This document shows, in pieces, positions 22,023 through 30,851 of a stretch of DNA of 64,000 nucleotides. Within the stretch, counting starts at the first letter, position 1. Each line of letters starts with the position of its first letter. Both the position numbers and the translations under genes were made by a program. Under the pieces are notes generated by a model. It saw nothing but the letters and a program-made list of their open reading frames with translations. It was not told where the DNA came from and did no database searches. The DNA lies in assembly GCA_045539335.1 (NCBI GenBank), contig JAZQFD010000009.1, positions 8,534 to 72,533 of the forward strand. The letters are read 5' to 3'. Source of the stretch: Eubacteriales bacterium. Its GTDB lineage: Bacteria > Bacillota > Clostridia > Oscillospirales > QAKW01.

Positions 22023-22886
22023 ATGCTTGTATCTGCAAAAGAAATGATCAAAAAAGCCTACGAAGGTCATTATGCCGTAGGTCAGTTCAACATCAACAAT
22101 CTGGAGTGGACCAAAGCCATTCTGCTGACTGCCGAGGAGAATAAATCCCCTGTTATTCTGGGTGTTTCCGAAGGTGCCGGTAAGTATATGTGCGGTTATA
22201 AGACCGTTATGGGCATGGTCAAAGGCATGATCGAAGAACTGAACATCACCGTTCCTGTGGCTGTTCATCTGGATCACGGTTCCTATGAAGGTGCCAAGAA
22301 AGTAATTGCTGATGGTTTTTCTTCCGTTATGTTTGACGGATCTCATTACGGTATCGAAGAGAACATTGAAAAAACCAAGGAGATCATCGCTCTGGCCAAT
22401 GCTAAGGGCATGTCCGTTGAAGCCGAAGTCGGTTCCATCGGCGGCGAAGAAGACGGCGTTGTGGGCCGTGGTGAAGTAGCCGATCCCGAAGAGTGCAAAA
22501 AGATCGCCGATCTGGGTGTAGACTTCCTGGCTGCCGGCATCGGCAACATTCACGGTAAGTATCCCGCCAACTGGGCAGGTCTTGATTTTGAGGCTCTGGA
22601 GAAGATCCAGAACGCTACCATGGGCATGCCTTTGGTGCTTCACGGTGGTACCGGCATCCCTGCCGAGATGGTCAAGAAGGCCATTTCTTTGGGTGTTGCC
22701 AAGATCAACGTAAACACCGAGTGCCAGCTGGCTTTTGCTGATGCTACCCGCAAGTATGTGGAGGCAGGCAAGGATCTGGAAGGCAAGGGCTTCGACCCCA
22801 GAAAGCTTCTGGCTCCCGGCTTTGAGGCCATCAAAGCAACCGTTAAAGAAAAAATGGAACTCTTCGGCTCCATCAACAAAGCTTAA
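22023..22886 (+). CDS. fba: Class II fructose-1,6-bisphosphate aldolase
   Basis: HLDHG, SVMFDGS, LVLHGGTG, KINVNTE; start after GGAGGAG. Confidence 0.97.
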   Translation: MLVSAKEMIKKAYEGHYAVGQFNINNLEWTKAILLTAEENKSPVILGVSEGAGKYMCGYKTVMGMVKGMIEELNITVPVAVHLDHGSYEGAKKVIADGFSSVMFDGSHYGIEENIEKTKEIIALANAKGMSVEAEVGSIGGEEDGVVGRGEVADPEECKKIADLGVDFLAAGIGNIHGKYPANWAGLDFEALEKIQNATMGMPLVLHGGTGIPAEMVKKAISLGVAKINVNTECQLAFADATRKYVEAGKDLEGKGFDPRKLLAPGFEAIKATVKEKMELFGSINKA

Positions 22887-22924
22887 TTTTGTTAATAAGC
22901 CATGCGGACATCCCAAGGATGTCC

Positions 22925-22953
22925 GCATTTTTTTGTCTCTTGGTTCATACACT
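22925..22953 (+). promoter_or_regulatory. Putative SigE-type promoter of spoIID, overlapping the fba terminator
   Basis: GCATTT...CATACACT upstream of spoIID, a SigE-regulon gene in Bacillus. Confidence 0.5.
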
Positions 22954-23021
22954 CCTATTAAGGTAACAAGCATAATTCGCCTTTTTAAAATTAATCTTGT
23001 CACCTTAAGGAGGCTTGGACG

Positions 23022-23966
23022 ATGTTTAAAAAATGGATTCTCATATATTTCTCTTTGCTTTTTTTGCCCTTTATTTTGATTCTGCTGTTTCTCCCCCCGG
23101 AGCAGCCGCCCCAAACCCCGCCCCAAGAAAACACGGTGGAGCTCTATCGCCATGCAACCGACGCCATCGAAACCCTGCCGCTGACCGATTATCTTTGGGG
23201 AGTGGTAGCAGGAGAGATGCCCGCCTCTTATCCGGAGGAAGCGCTGAAGGCTCAAACGGTGGCCTCCTATACCTATCTGCTCCACCGCATCCATACCATA
23301 AAATCTCACCCCGCTTCGGATTTTGGCCATGAAGGGGATGTTTGCGATGATCCCAACCATTGCAAAGCCTATCTCTCCCCTGCTGAGGCCACCCTCAAAT
23401 GGGGGGAGGATTGGTATGAGGCTTCCGCAGAGCGTATCGCCAATGCTGTGGCGTCGGTAGAGGGGCAGGTGTTGCTTTATGAAGATGCCCCCGCCAATAC
23501 AGTCTTTCATGCCATCTCCGGCGGAAAAACCGAAAATGCTGCCGATGTTTGGGGAGCTGAAGTGCCCTATTTGATCTCTGTAGACTCCCATTGGGATGAA
23601 GAGGCCAAAGGCTTCTCCTCCGAAGTTACCCTTTCTTTGGAGGAGTTTTGCGAAAAACTGGGGCAGACCGACTATACTCCGGGAGCCGTTACCCTCACGG
23701 CCGGCGGCTCGGTGGCCACGCAGGTGATCGGCGGCAAAGCGTTTACAGGGAGGGAATTGCGCTCTCTTTTTAATCTAAGAAGTACACGATTTACCTTGAG
23801 TATTCAAAAGGATAAAGCCGTCTTTCAGGTTTCCGGCTACGGTCATCAGGTGGGCATGAGCCAATACGGCGCCGGTGTTTTGGCGCAAAATGGTTATACT
23901 TACGAAAAAATTCTGCTTTACTATTATCCTAACACAAATTTAGCAAAGAATTACACCATTCCTTGA
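23022..23966 (+). CDS. spoIID: Stage II sporulation protein D (lytic transglycosylase)
   Basis: GVVAGEMPA, EALKAQ, GYGHQVGMSQYGA; followed by a spoIIQ-like gene. Confidence 0.93.
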   Translation: MFKKWILIYFSLLFLPFILILLFLPPEQPPQTPPQENTVELYRHATDAIETLPLTDYLWGVVAGEMPASYPEEALKAQTVASYTYLLHRIHTIKSHPASDFGHEGDVCDDPNHCKAYLSPAEATLKWGEDWYEASAERIANAVASVEGQVLLYEDAPANTVFHAISGGKTENAADVWGAEVPYLISVDSHWDEEAKGFSSEVTLSLEEFCEKLGQTDYTPGAVTLTAGGSVATQVIGGKAFTGRELRSLFNLRSTRFTLSIQKDKAVFQVSGYGHQVGMSQYGAGVLAQNGYTYEKILLYYYPNTNLAKNYTIP

Positions 23967-23994
23967 ATAATCCCTCTTCTCTTTGCCCATATTA
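23965..23994 (+). promoter_or_regulatory. Forespore sigma (SigF/SigG-type) promoter
   Basis: GAATA-N18-CATATTA upstream of the spoIIQ-like gene. Confidence 0.55.
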
Positions 23995-24021
23995 TAAGCA
24001 AACGAGAAAGGATGATCTGCA

Positions 24022-24672
24022 ATGAAAGAAAAAATCCTCGGCCTTTTAAAGGCAAAAGGCTATTATATGGTGTTGGCCGTTGCGGTGTTAACGGTGGGAA
24101 CGGTAAGCTTTCTCACCTATCGGGCCTATCAAAAAGAACAGGCCCAAACCCCGATCCCTCAAAATCCCACACAGGATGTGGAAAAGGTAGAGGAAGGGGT
24201 TCCCGATGATCGGGAGGAACAGCCCGAACCCCAAAAGCCCTCTTCCGATCCTGCTCCTCAGCCGGAGGAAACAAGCTATATTGCGCCGCTGACCGGTGAA
24301 ATCATCGCCCACTACTCCCCGGAACAGCCGGTCTATTCCTACACCCTTAACGATTGGCGCACCCATAGCGGCATCGATATTGCCGCCGCTGAGGGAACGC
24401 AGGTGGTAAACGTTTGCGACGGAGTGGTAGAAGAAGTATTAACCGATGATCTGATGGGCGTCATGGCGGTCATTCGCCATACCGACGGCAAGGTCTCCCG
24501 CTATGCCTCCTTAGAAGTGGCTACGGTGGAAGCCGGTCAGATGGTCAAGCAAGGAGACCCCATCGGAAAGGTGGGCAAAACCATGCTGCTGGAATGCGGC
24601 GAAACCGAGCATCTGCATTATGAATTATGGCAGGATGACCAACCGGTGGACCCCTCTTTTTTGATTTCTTAA
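24022..24672 (+). CDS. spoIIQ: SpoIIQ-like M23 (LytM) membrane protein
   Basis: N-terminal TM; WRTHSGIDI and HLHYE; syntenic after spoIID. Confidence 0.8.
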   Translation: MKEKILGLLKAKGYYMVLAVAVLTVGTVSFLTYRAYQKEQAQTPIPQNPTQDVEKVEEGVPDDREEQPEPQKPSSDPAPQPEETSYIAPLTGEIIAHYSPEQPVYSYTLNDWRTHSGIDIAAAEGTQVVNVCDGVVEEVLTDDLMGVMAVIRHTDGKVSRYASLEVATVEAGQMVKQGDPIGKVGKTMLLECGETEHLHYELWQDDQPVDPSFLIS

Positions 24673-24676
24673 ATTG

Positions 24677-24707
24677 AAAAGATCCGCACCACGGTGCGGA
24701 TCTTTTT
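24677..24707. terminator. Bidirectional terminator
   Basis: AAAAGATCCGCACC-AC-GGTGCGGATCTTTTT between convergent genes. Confidence 0.75.
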
Positions 24708-25026
24708 ATTGCAACCTTTTCATGTAACGATCATGCTTCATGCGGGCGGCATCGGATGAAAGCTTCACCGGAAGAGCGTCGGCGATTTCTGCCCAAGTAT
24801 AGCCCCGAAAATAGCGCAGTTCAAAAATCAATCGCAGTTCGGGATCGTCCATATTGTGAATCAGCTCAGTGGTCTCCCAAAGCTGCTCCGCCAAGCGATC
24901 TGCCTGCTGCAATACCTTTTTTTCCAATGCAGCGGTGCGCCAACACCCTGAAGAGGGCAATAATCCTGCCAAATCCCGATATTCCTCCAGCTCTCGGCGA
25001 AGATAGCGAACATCTGCCATATTCAT
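24706..25026 (-). CDS. RinA/ArpU/DUF1492-like phage late transcription activator (sigma region-4-like HTH)
   Basis: N-terminal coiled coil then IHNMDDPELRLIFELRYFRGYTWAEIA...ARMKHDRY, a pattern typical of activators found upstream of terS in Firmicute phages. Confidence 0.72.
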   Translation of the reverse strand: MNMADVRYLRRELEEYRDLAGLLPSSGCWRTAALEKKVLQQADRLAEQLWETTELIHNMDDPELRLIFELRYFRGYTWAEIADALPVKLSSDAARMKHDRYMKRLQ

Positions 25027-25223
25027 GCCGAATCCCCCAAAGAAAACAATTCCTCAAAGCTGCATTCCAAAGCACGGCACAACCGAACCGCCACCCCCGG
25101 AGAGGGCCATCGGCCGCTTCGCTCCAAGGAACAGATGGTTCCACGGGACACTCCGGAAAGCTCTGCCAATTTTTGCTGAGTGAGGCCCTTGCGCACACGA
25201 TAATAATATAATTGATTAAACAT
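25023..25223 (-). CDS. Small XRE/Cro-like HTH regulator
   Basis: RVRKGLTQQKLAELSGVSRGTICSLE...EELF; ATGA-coupled to the activator gene. Confidence 0.88.
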   Translation of the reverse strand: MFNQLYYYRVRKGLTQQKLAELSGVSRGTICSLERSGRWPSPGVAVRLCRALECSFEELFSLGDSA

Positions 25224-25363
25224 CCTTTGATCTCCTTTATTACGGGGCAGGAGAAGGAGCTTCTATCCCCAGTAATACCATAAAAATCGACATATGTAAA
25301 GAAAAAGCATTTGACATTTTACGACACGAACCATAGAATATTAGACAAGAGGTGAGGTTTATC

Positions 25364-25906
25364 ATGTCAATTGTCGAAAAAAAGTTAAATGAGCAATGCG
25401 TATATGAAGGGGCTATTTTCAATGTCTACCACGGTCAGGTGGAACTTCCAAACGGAAGCACCGCCTTTCGGGATCGCATTGAGCACCATGGCGGCGCCGG
25501 TATTCTGCCCTTGGATCAGGATGGGAATACCTATCTGGTGAAGCAATTCCGCTATGGCGTAGATAAAGAGTTGCTGGAAATCCCCGCCGGAAAATTAGAG
25601 CCGGGCGAGGACCCCCAAGAGACCGTCGTTCGGGAATTGCAAGAGGAAGTGGGATTCCTGCCAAAACGGGTAACCCCCTTGGGTGGGATGGAGCTCTCCC
25701 CTGCTTATCTGGGCGAGATCACCTATCTCTTTTTAGGGCAAGATCTGATCCCCAGCAAAGCCGAACTGGACGATGATGAATTTTTAGAGGTGGTCAAATT
25801 GCCCTTCACGGAGGCACTCCGCAGGGTTCTGGACGGTGAAATTACCGACGGCAAGACCCAAAATGCGATTATGAAAACGGCCATCCTCTTAGATATTAAA
25901 TTTTGA
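25364..25906 (+). CDS. nudF: NUDIX hydrolase (ADP-ribose pyrophosphatase-like)
   Basis: LEIPAGKLE...RELQEEVG Nudix box; own TTGACA-N17-TAGAAT promoter. Confidence 0.9.
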   Translation: MSIVEKKLNEQCVYEGAIFNVYHGQVELPNGSTAFRDRIEHHGGAGILPLDQDGNTYLVKQFRYGVDKELLEIPAGKLEPGEDPQETVVRELQEEVGFLPKRVTPLGGMELSPAYLGEITYLFLGQDLIPSKAELDDDEFLEVVKLPFTEALRRVLDGEITDGKTQNAIMKTAILLDIKF

Positions 25907-25911
25907 GTGTT

Positions 25912-25946
25912 GCGATCCGATGCAAGATGCATCGGATCGCTTTTTT
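25912..25946. terminator. Terminator between nudF and the phage-like operon
   Basis: GCGATCCGATGCA-AGA-TGCATCGGATCGC-TTTTTT. Confidence 0.75.
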
Positions 25947-26547
25947 AATGCAATCGATCCAAAATAACCGCAAGTTCCGCACGGGTGATGGGATCATTGG
26001 GGCGGAAATTCCCTTCCCCATCTCCCACCATCCAACCTTGCTCTGCCGCTCTTTGCACAGCCTCGGCCGCCCAGGCGGGAATGGACGCTTGATCCTTAAA
26101 ATCCATAGAATATTCCTCCTCGATAACAAAATCCTTCGAATGATAACTGCCGATCCGATTGGGGATCCCCAGATACGGGGTAGGATCAATGGGAACGGCC
26201 CCTTCCTGCAATTGATAATGGAGATGCACACCGGTCACATTGCCGGTGGCACCCATGGTTCCCAACACCGTCAGGGGCGTTACTTGATCGCCCGCCTTCA
26301 CTCGCACGCTTCCTCGTGCCAGATGGCAAAAGAGATGGCGCTGCCCATCGGCATCTCCCACCGAAATATACTGACCCCAGCCGCCCTCATCATAGGCCAC
26401 CAACCGCACCACACCATAGCAGGTGCAAAAGACCCGACGGTCTTCAGCCACAAAGTCGATTCCCTTATGACCTGCTGACCAATAGGATCCCTGTTGGCCA
26501 TAGGTGGCGGTAATGGAAAAGGGGCCGGTTACCGGAAGAATGGTCAT
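25945..26547 (-). CDS. Endolysin: M23 peptidase plus SLH domain
   Basis: GHKGIDF, TGVHLHY; C-terminal FKD...WA...GDGEGNFRPNDPITRAE SLH motif; no signal peptide; follows the holin. Confidence 0.85.
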   Translation of the reverse strand: MTILPVTGPFSITATYGQQGSYWSAGHKGIDFVAEDRRVFCTCYGVVRLVAYDEGGWGQYISVGDADGQRHLFCHLARGSVRVKAGDQVTPLTVLGTMGATGNVTGVHLHYQLQEGAVPIDPTPYLGIPNRIGSYHSKDFVIEEEYSMDFKDQASIPAWAAEAVQRAAEQGWMVGDGEGNFRPNDPITRAELAVILDRLH

Positions 26548-26786
26548 TTGGCAACTCCCTTCAAGGCAGTAAGATAGCGATCGGCTTCCACTGCCGCAGC
26601 GGTAAAACTATTATTCTTCCACCATGCCCAAAGGCTGGCAACAACGGTTGCCACAGCGGAAAGCGCCTCATAGATCGCCTCTTCGCTGAAGGGCAGGGGG
26701 TTTTTATTCAGCACCGTCAGCACCTGATTAATCAGTGCAACGATCAACACCACGGTGCGGATACAGGTTTCTTTACTGCAATTCAT
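26544..26786 (-). CDS. SPP1-family phage holin
   Basis: IRTVVLIVALINQ...WAWWKNNSFT signature. Confidence 0.92.
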   Translation of the reverse strand: MNCSKETCIRTVVLIVALINQVLTVLNKNPLPFSEEAIYEALSAVATVVASLWAWWKNNSFTAAAVEADRYLTALKGVAK

Positions 26787-27127
26787 TAAACAAACTCCTT
26801 TAAAACTTGAAATACATTGACCCCAACACCGGCACAGAGAAGAATCAGCAAGCCGATTCCGATCCCCCGCAGCAGCAGCTTTCCGCCGGAGGTATTGAGG
26901 AAGGCAGGGAGCGAGCGGTTTTCCACCCGTTCCAGCCGCAGATCCTGCTTTTCCAAAATGAGGGTCACTCGCTCCACGGCGGCGGTCAGCTGCAGGCAGG
27001 CTCGAGTCAGATCGTCCAACTTTTGGCCATGACCGTCCAAGCGACGCTCCGCCATCCGCTGAACCCGCTCAATGCCACCGCTGCGAACCTCGCAATAGTC
27101 CCGAGAAATTCCATGCTCGGCGCTCAT
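26786..27127 (-). CDS. XhlA-like lysis accessory (coiled coil plus C-terminal TM)
   Basis: RRLDGHGQKLDDL coiled coil, C-terminal hydrophobic helix, immediately upstream of the holin. Confidence 0.55.
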   Translation of the reverse strand: MSAEHGISRDYCEVRSGGIERVQRMAERRLDGHGQKLDDLTRACLQLTAAVERVTLILEKQDLRLERVENRSLPAFLNTSGGKLLLRGIGIGLLILLCAGVGVNVFQVLKEFV

Positions 27128-27942
27128 CTTTTGGCCCTCGCATCCTCCAGCGCCCATTGGCGCTTCAGCTGTTGCAAGGCAAGGTCATAGAAATAATCCT
27201 GCTCTTTTTCCTTTTGCTTCTGCTCAAACTCCAGGGTGCTCAGATCGCTTTGCGCCTGCTGCTTTAATTCCTGCAGCAAAAGATCCTGGTTCCGATCTTC
27301 TTCCTGCTCCAGCAAAGAAAGATAGCCCTCGCCCAACATAGCCCCCAATTCTTTTTGCAGTTCGGCTGCGTCCGTAAGGGCATCGGCACGGGCATCTAAG
27401 CGAGCAGCATCATTTTCCCGAAGGCTCTCCTCGGTATCCAAAAGCGCCTGATACGCATTGGCAGCCGCCTGATTCAAATAAGTGGCGGTAATCACATCGG
27501 AAATACCGGTTTGCGAAACGCCACGGGTCAGCAGTCCTGCATCGGCCAGACGCTGGCGATTCCATGCGGCAGAGCGGGCAGCCGCTTGATTTTGCTCGCC
27601 CTTTTCCTCAAGTTCTGCCCGCTGCTTTTCCAGCTCTGCTGCGGCTTGCTCATAATTGGCGGTGATGGCCGCCATTCCCTGCTGGCCATAGCGCTGAAGC
27701 AATGCCTCATAGCCGCCATAACCTGCGGGCGTTTCTCCTTCCGACGGCAAAAGCTTATACTCGCTGCCATCGGCACCGCCGGAATAGCCCGCATTGGCAC
27801 GAATCTTTTCGGCCTGCGCATGAGCCCATTCCATACCGGCGGCATCGCCTTTCTTTTGATAGTCCCGAAAGGCACGTTTCATTCTTTCGACCTCCGCCAA
27901 TTGAGAGGAGGTCAATAATAATTGATCCACTGAACTGGTCAT
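27124..27942 (-). CDS. Putative internal virion/DNA ejection (pilot) protein
   Basis: Ala/Gln-rich helical protein with AHAQAEKIRANAGYSGGADGSEY and LLTRGVSQTG motifs, placed after the nozzle gene as in podoviruses. Function inferred from position and composition. Confidence 0.5.
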   Translation of the reverse strand: MTSSVDQLLLTSSQLAEVERMKRAFRDYQKKGDAAGMEWAHAQAEKIRANAGYSGGADGSEYKLLPSEGETPAGYGGYEALLQRYGQQGMAAITANYEQAAAELEKQRAELEEKGEQNQAAARSAAWNRQRLADAGLLTRGVSQTGISDVITATYLNQAAANAYQALLDTEESLRENDAARLDARADALTDAAELQKELGAMLGEGYLSLLEQEEDRNQDLLLQELKQQAQSDLSTLEFEQKQKEKEQDYFYDLALQQLKRQWALEDARAKR

Positions 27943-29978
27943 GGAATCATTCCTCCTTTTTCATAGATGATTCGAAATCCCAAAAAATGTGCATTTCTTG
28001 CTTTTGAAAAGTCTAAAATAACCTTCACGACCGAGGCCAAGCGAGGCTGCTGCAAAAGAGAGATCCATTCCACATCAATATCCGTTCCCTTACGAAGATC
28101 AGCCAAGGAAAAATGGGATACATGGCTTTGCTCGTAATCTTGAATCAACCCCACCGAAACCGTCCCCTCGGGAGCACCGCTCAAGGCCGCCCACATCCGC
28201 CGAAGGATCATTTTTCTGCCGCTGCGATCCTCTTGGGCCGGAATCTCCCAATAGGCTTGGATCGACTCGCCTGCATCATCGGAAGCCCCTTCATCCAGCT
28301 TGTAGAGATTCCCTTCTACATCTCCCAAATAAAGGATTCCATCATGTTTTTCCAAGGAGGTGATCTCATGGGCAAACTGCCATTTCAAGAATCGGAAGGA
28401 GCCGTCGGCCTCTTTTTTACCATCGGTAATAAAAGCGATTTTGCCAAAAGCAATCAAATAGTACCCCTTCCAGCATATACTGCACATCCGATTGCTGGAC
28501 AACGGACCAAGCAACGGATCTACCGACCGGCTGCGCCGAACGGTTTCATTCAGATTCGTCAACTCATTGGACACGCTCCGCACCGTAAAGAGACCGCTTT
28601 CGGTCATAAAGCAGGGCTCATTCCCCACCACGCCCAGCGATTGAGGGGAAACACACCCCTCTACCGCTGCGCCGGGAACGGAAGGATAAACATCCACCGA
28701 GTAGCTTTCGCCCGCTTGGGTTTTCCCCAGATTCACCACTTTATGGGAACGAAAATAAACGGCAGAATCATCGGGATCGTTTTTCAGGACACCCAAGCGT
28801 CCGTCATTAAGCAGGCAATAGCCAGTGACCGGTGCGTCTTGATTCCCCAGTTGCTCTATAGCCGTTTCGTAAAAGCAAAAGAAGTTATTGGGAGCGCTAT
28901 GGGCATCCACCCCGGGAGAGGAAGAATTGCCGCCCAAAAACAGCACCTCTTCTCCGCCGGTGGGACCATAAAAGCCCTGCACAGTGGCTGTGGTGATCAT
29001 CTTGGGCTCTTCCTTGAAAACACCATAGGTCAGGCGGATGTTATCCATTCCATCATTGGCAATGGTATACTCCCCCGTCCCCATACCGGTAATCAGCCCG
29101 TCGGCATTAATGGTCACCAGCCTTCCTGCTTGAATCTTCGGAACCACCAAAACCGCCAACGACCGCATATGACTCAACACAAAGTCCTCATCTCCGCCAT
29201 ATGTATGCCAAAGGCCATCGCTACAGCGAATCTGCAGCTCTGCCGGAACATAATGATAATAAATGCCATATGGACAAGCAAGGGTAAAGCGTTCCACCTC
29301 TGCATCATCATCCACATAAAAGCTCTCGCAGCGAAACTGGCTCAACATGTTATCCCCTCGGGGATCCACATCTCCTGTTAAACCATCAGGCGTTTTCGCC
29401 ACTACCGTAAAGGGAGCGGTACTGAAGTATTCCGGTTGCGCTCCCCTTTGGGTCACAAAATATGCAACATTTTGACCCCAAAGAGGATCCATAATAGAGC
29501 GTACCTTTTCCCCATCATAAAATAGATAGTTTTTTCCGTCATTAATAAAAAGGAAAGTTCCGGTCAACACCGAGCGGCGCCAACCGCTCGGTTTAGCGGT
29601 GGTGCATTGCCGACAGGTTATGGTTTGCCGACGAATCACCCCTTGTGAGGGAGCGTTTGCCATCCGATCATAAAGTAAATTCGGAACATCGTCTGCCCCT
29701 TCATTTTCAAAGCCATAAAGGCAAGTGCCTACATGGAGCAAAAGTTGAGTGCCATAAAAATAGATCCCGTTCACGGCACCGCCCTCTTTCCAACACAAGC
29801 GGGCATAGCCATTTCGCACCTTCAGACCGGTGCCGTTCCAGATCAGATTCACCGCATCGGGAGAACGATCCAGACTTTTCCCGAAATTTCCGGTCAAATC
29901 CAATCCCCAAAAGCCCGATTGAGTGCAAACGGTGCGGGAATTTCCGCCGCTTCGCAATTTATGAAACGGATAACTCAT
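27939..29978 (-). CDS. Podoviral tail nozzle/stabilisation protein (P22 gp10/T7 gp12-like)
   Basis: GFWGLDL...RSPDAVNL...LKVRNG N-terminus, beta-rich 679 aa, GCVSPQS motif, position after the adaptor. Confidence 0.65.
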   Translation of the reverse strand: MSYPFHKLRSGGNSRTVCTQSGFWGLDLTGNFGKSLDRSPDAVNLIWNGTGLKVRNGYARLCWKEGGAVNGIYFYGTQLLLHVGTCLYGFENEGADDVPNLLYDRMANAPSQGVIRRQTITCRQCTTAKPSGWRRSVLTGTFLFINDGKNYLFYDGEKVRSIMDPLWGQNVAYFVTQRGAQPEYFSTAPFTVVAKTPDGLTGDVDPRGDNMLSQFRCESFYVDDDAEVERFTLACPYGIYYHYVPAELQIRCSDGLWHTYGGDEDFVLSHMRSLAVLVVPKIQAGRLVTINADGLITGMGTGEYTIANDGMDNIRLTYGVFKEEPKMITTATVQGFYGPTGGEEVLFLGGNSSSPGVDAHSAPNNFFCFYETAIEQLGNQDAPVTGYCLLNDGRLGVLKNDPDDSAVYFRSHKVVNLGKTQAGESYSVDVYPSVPGAAVEGCVSPQSLGVVGNEPCFMTESGLFTVRSVSNELTNLNETVRRSRSVDPLLGPLSSNRMCSICWKGYYLIAFGKIAFITDGKKEADGSFRFLKWQFAHEITSLEKHDGILYLGDVEGNLYKLDEGASDDAGESIQAYWEIPAQEDRSGRKMILRRMWAALSGAPEGTVSVGLIQDYEQSHVSHFSLADLRKGTDIDVEWISLLQQPRLASVVKVILDFSKARNAHFLGFRIIYEKGGMIP

Positions 29979-30490
29979 AAACTGCCGCCCCTCTCCACAC
30001 CGGCGGCAGGGCGATAGCCCAGCGCCGCCGCCAACTTGGTGTTGTATTGCTCCATCAGCCGATTATACAAAGCAGGGTCATCCCCCATCACATAAACGGC
30101 GGCGCAATAAAAGGGCAAGGCAAGGGTCAGATCCTCCGGCAAGGGCAAGGTATCGGCCTCTTTCAACTCCGAAGCCTTGGAAGGCTTGCGGTAGTAGACC
30201 AAGGTATAAGAACCGTCTTGAGCCAAAAGTTTTCCATCGGATAAAACCATAGGAACCCGTTTGCCGCTGCAATATAACCCTCTGGGGATCAGTACCGTTT
30301 CCGGCAGGGCGGCTTCGCCCTGCTCTACGGTGATCCGACAGCGAGCCTGCACGGGGAAGCTGCGAGCCAGCTCCCCCAGTGCACTATCCAATGCCGCAAG
30401 CAGTTTATCCTTGGAAATCCGATTTCCCGGTTCTCCTTCCTCAGCCCCAATCAAATAGGCGGCACGAGTTAAAACTCCTCCAATGGTCAT
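29975..30490 (-). CDS. Head-tail adaptor (P22 gp4/T7 gp11-like)
   Basis: MTIGGVL helical start, LPLPED...ALPFYCAA, size and gene position. Confidence 0.6.
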   Translation of the reverse strand: MTIGGVLTRAAYLIGAEEGEPGNRISKDKLLAALDSALGELARSFPVQARCRITVEQGEAALPETVLIPRGLYCSGKRVPMVLSDGKLLAQDGSYTLVYYRKPSKASELKEADTLPLPEDLTLALPFYCAAVYVMGDDPALYNRLMEQYNTKLAAALGYRPAAGVERGGSL

Positions 30491-30508
30491 CGGTCTACCT
30501 CCTGAGAA

Positions 30509-30832
30509 TTAGGACAATTCGAGAACGCAAACGGAGACGCTTTCTTCGCTGCCCATCAAAATGCCGCCCTTATACGGACCGGAATGATGCAGATAAGGAC
30601 CACTCTCGATCTTCACCGCATAATAGCCACCGGGCAGATAGATATTTTGCTGCTTGCCGGCAAACACACCGTCACCGGGGCGAATATAAACATCCGCCTC
30701 ATTATCAGAATAGAATAACAACACAATATTCTGTCCGTCGCCCTTTAATTTGATAAAATTCTCATTTGACAGATCTGCATCACAAAAAAGTTCAACCTTC
30801 TCATTGTTTTTCAGTTTAAAACATTCAGCCAT
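30509..30832 (-). CDS. Small beta-rich virion protein (possible capsid decoration)
   Basis: 107 aa directly after the capsid gene; AAGGA RBS. Confidence 0.5.
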   Translation of the reverse strand: MAECFKLKNNEKVELFCDADLSNENFIKLKGDGQNIVLLFYSDNEADVYIRPGDGVFAGKQQNIYLPGGYYAVKIESGPYLHHSGPYKGGILMGSEESVSVCVLELS

Positions 30833-30851
30833 TATCCTTTATACTCCTCTC

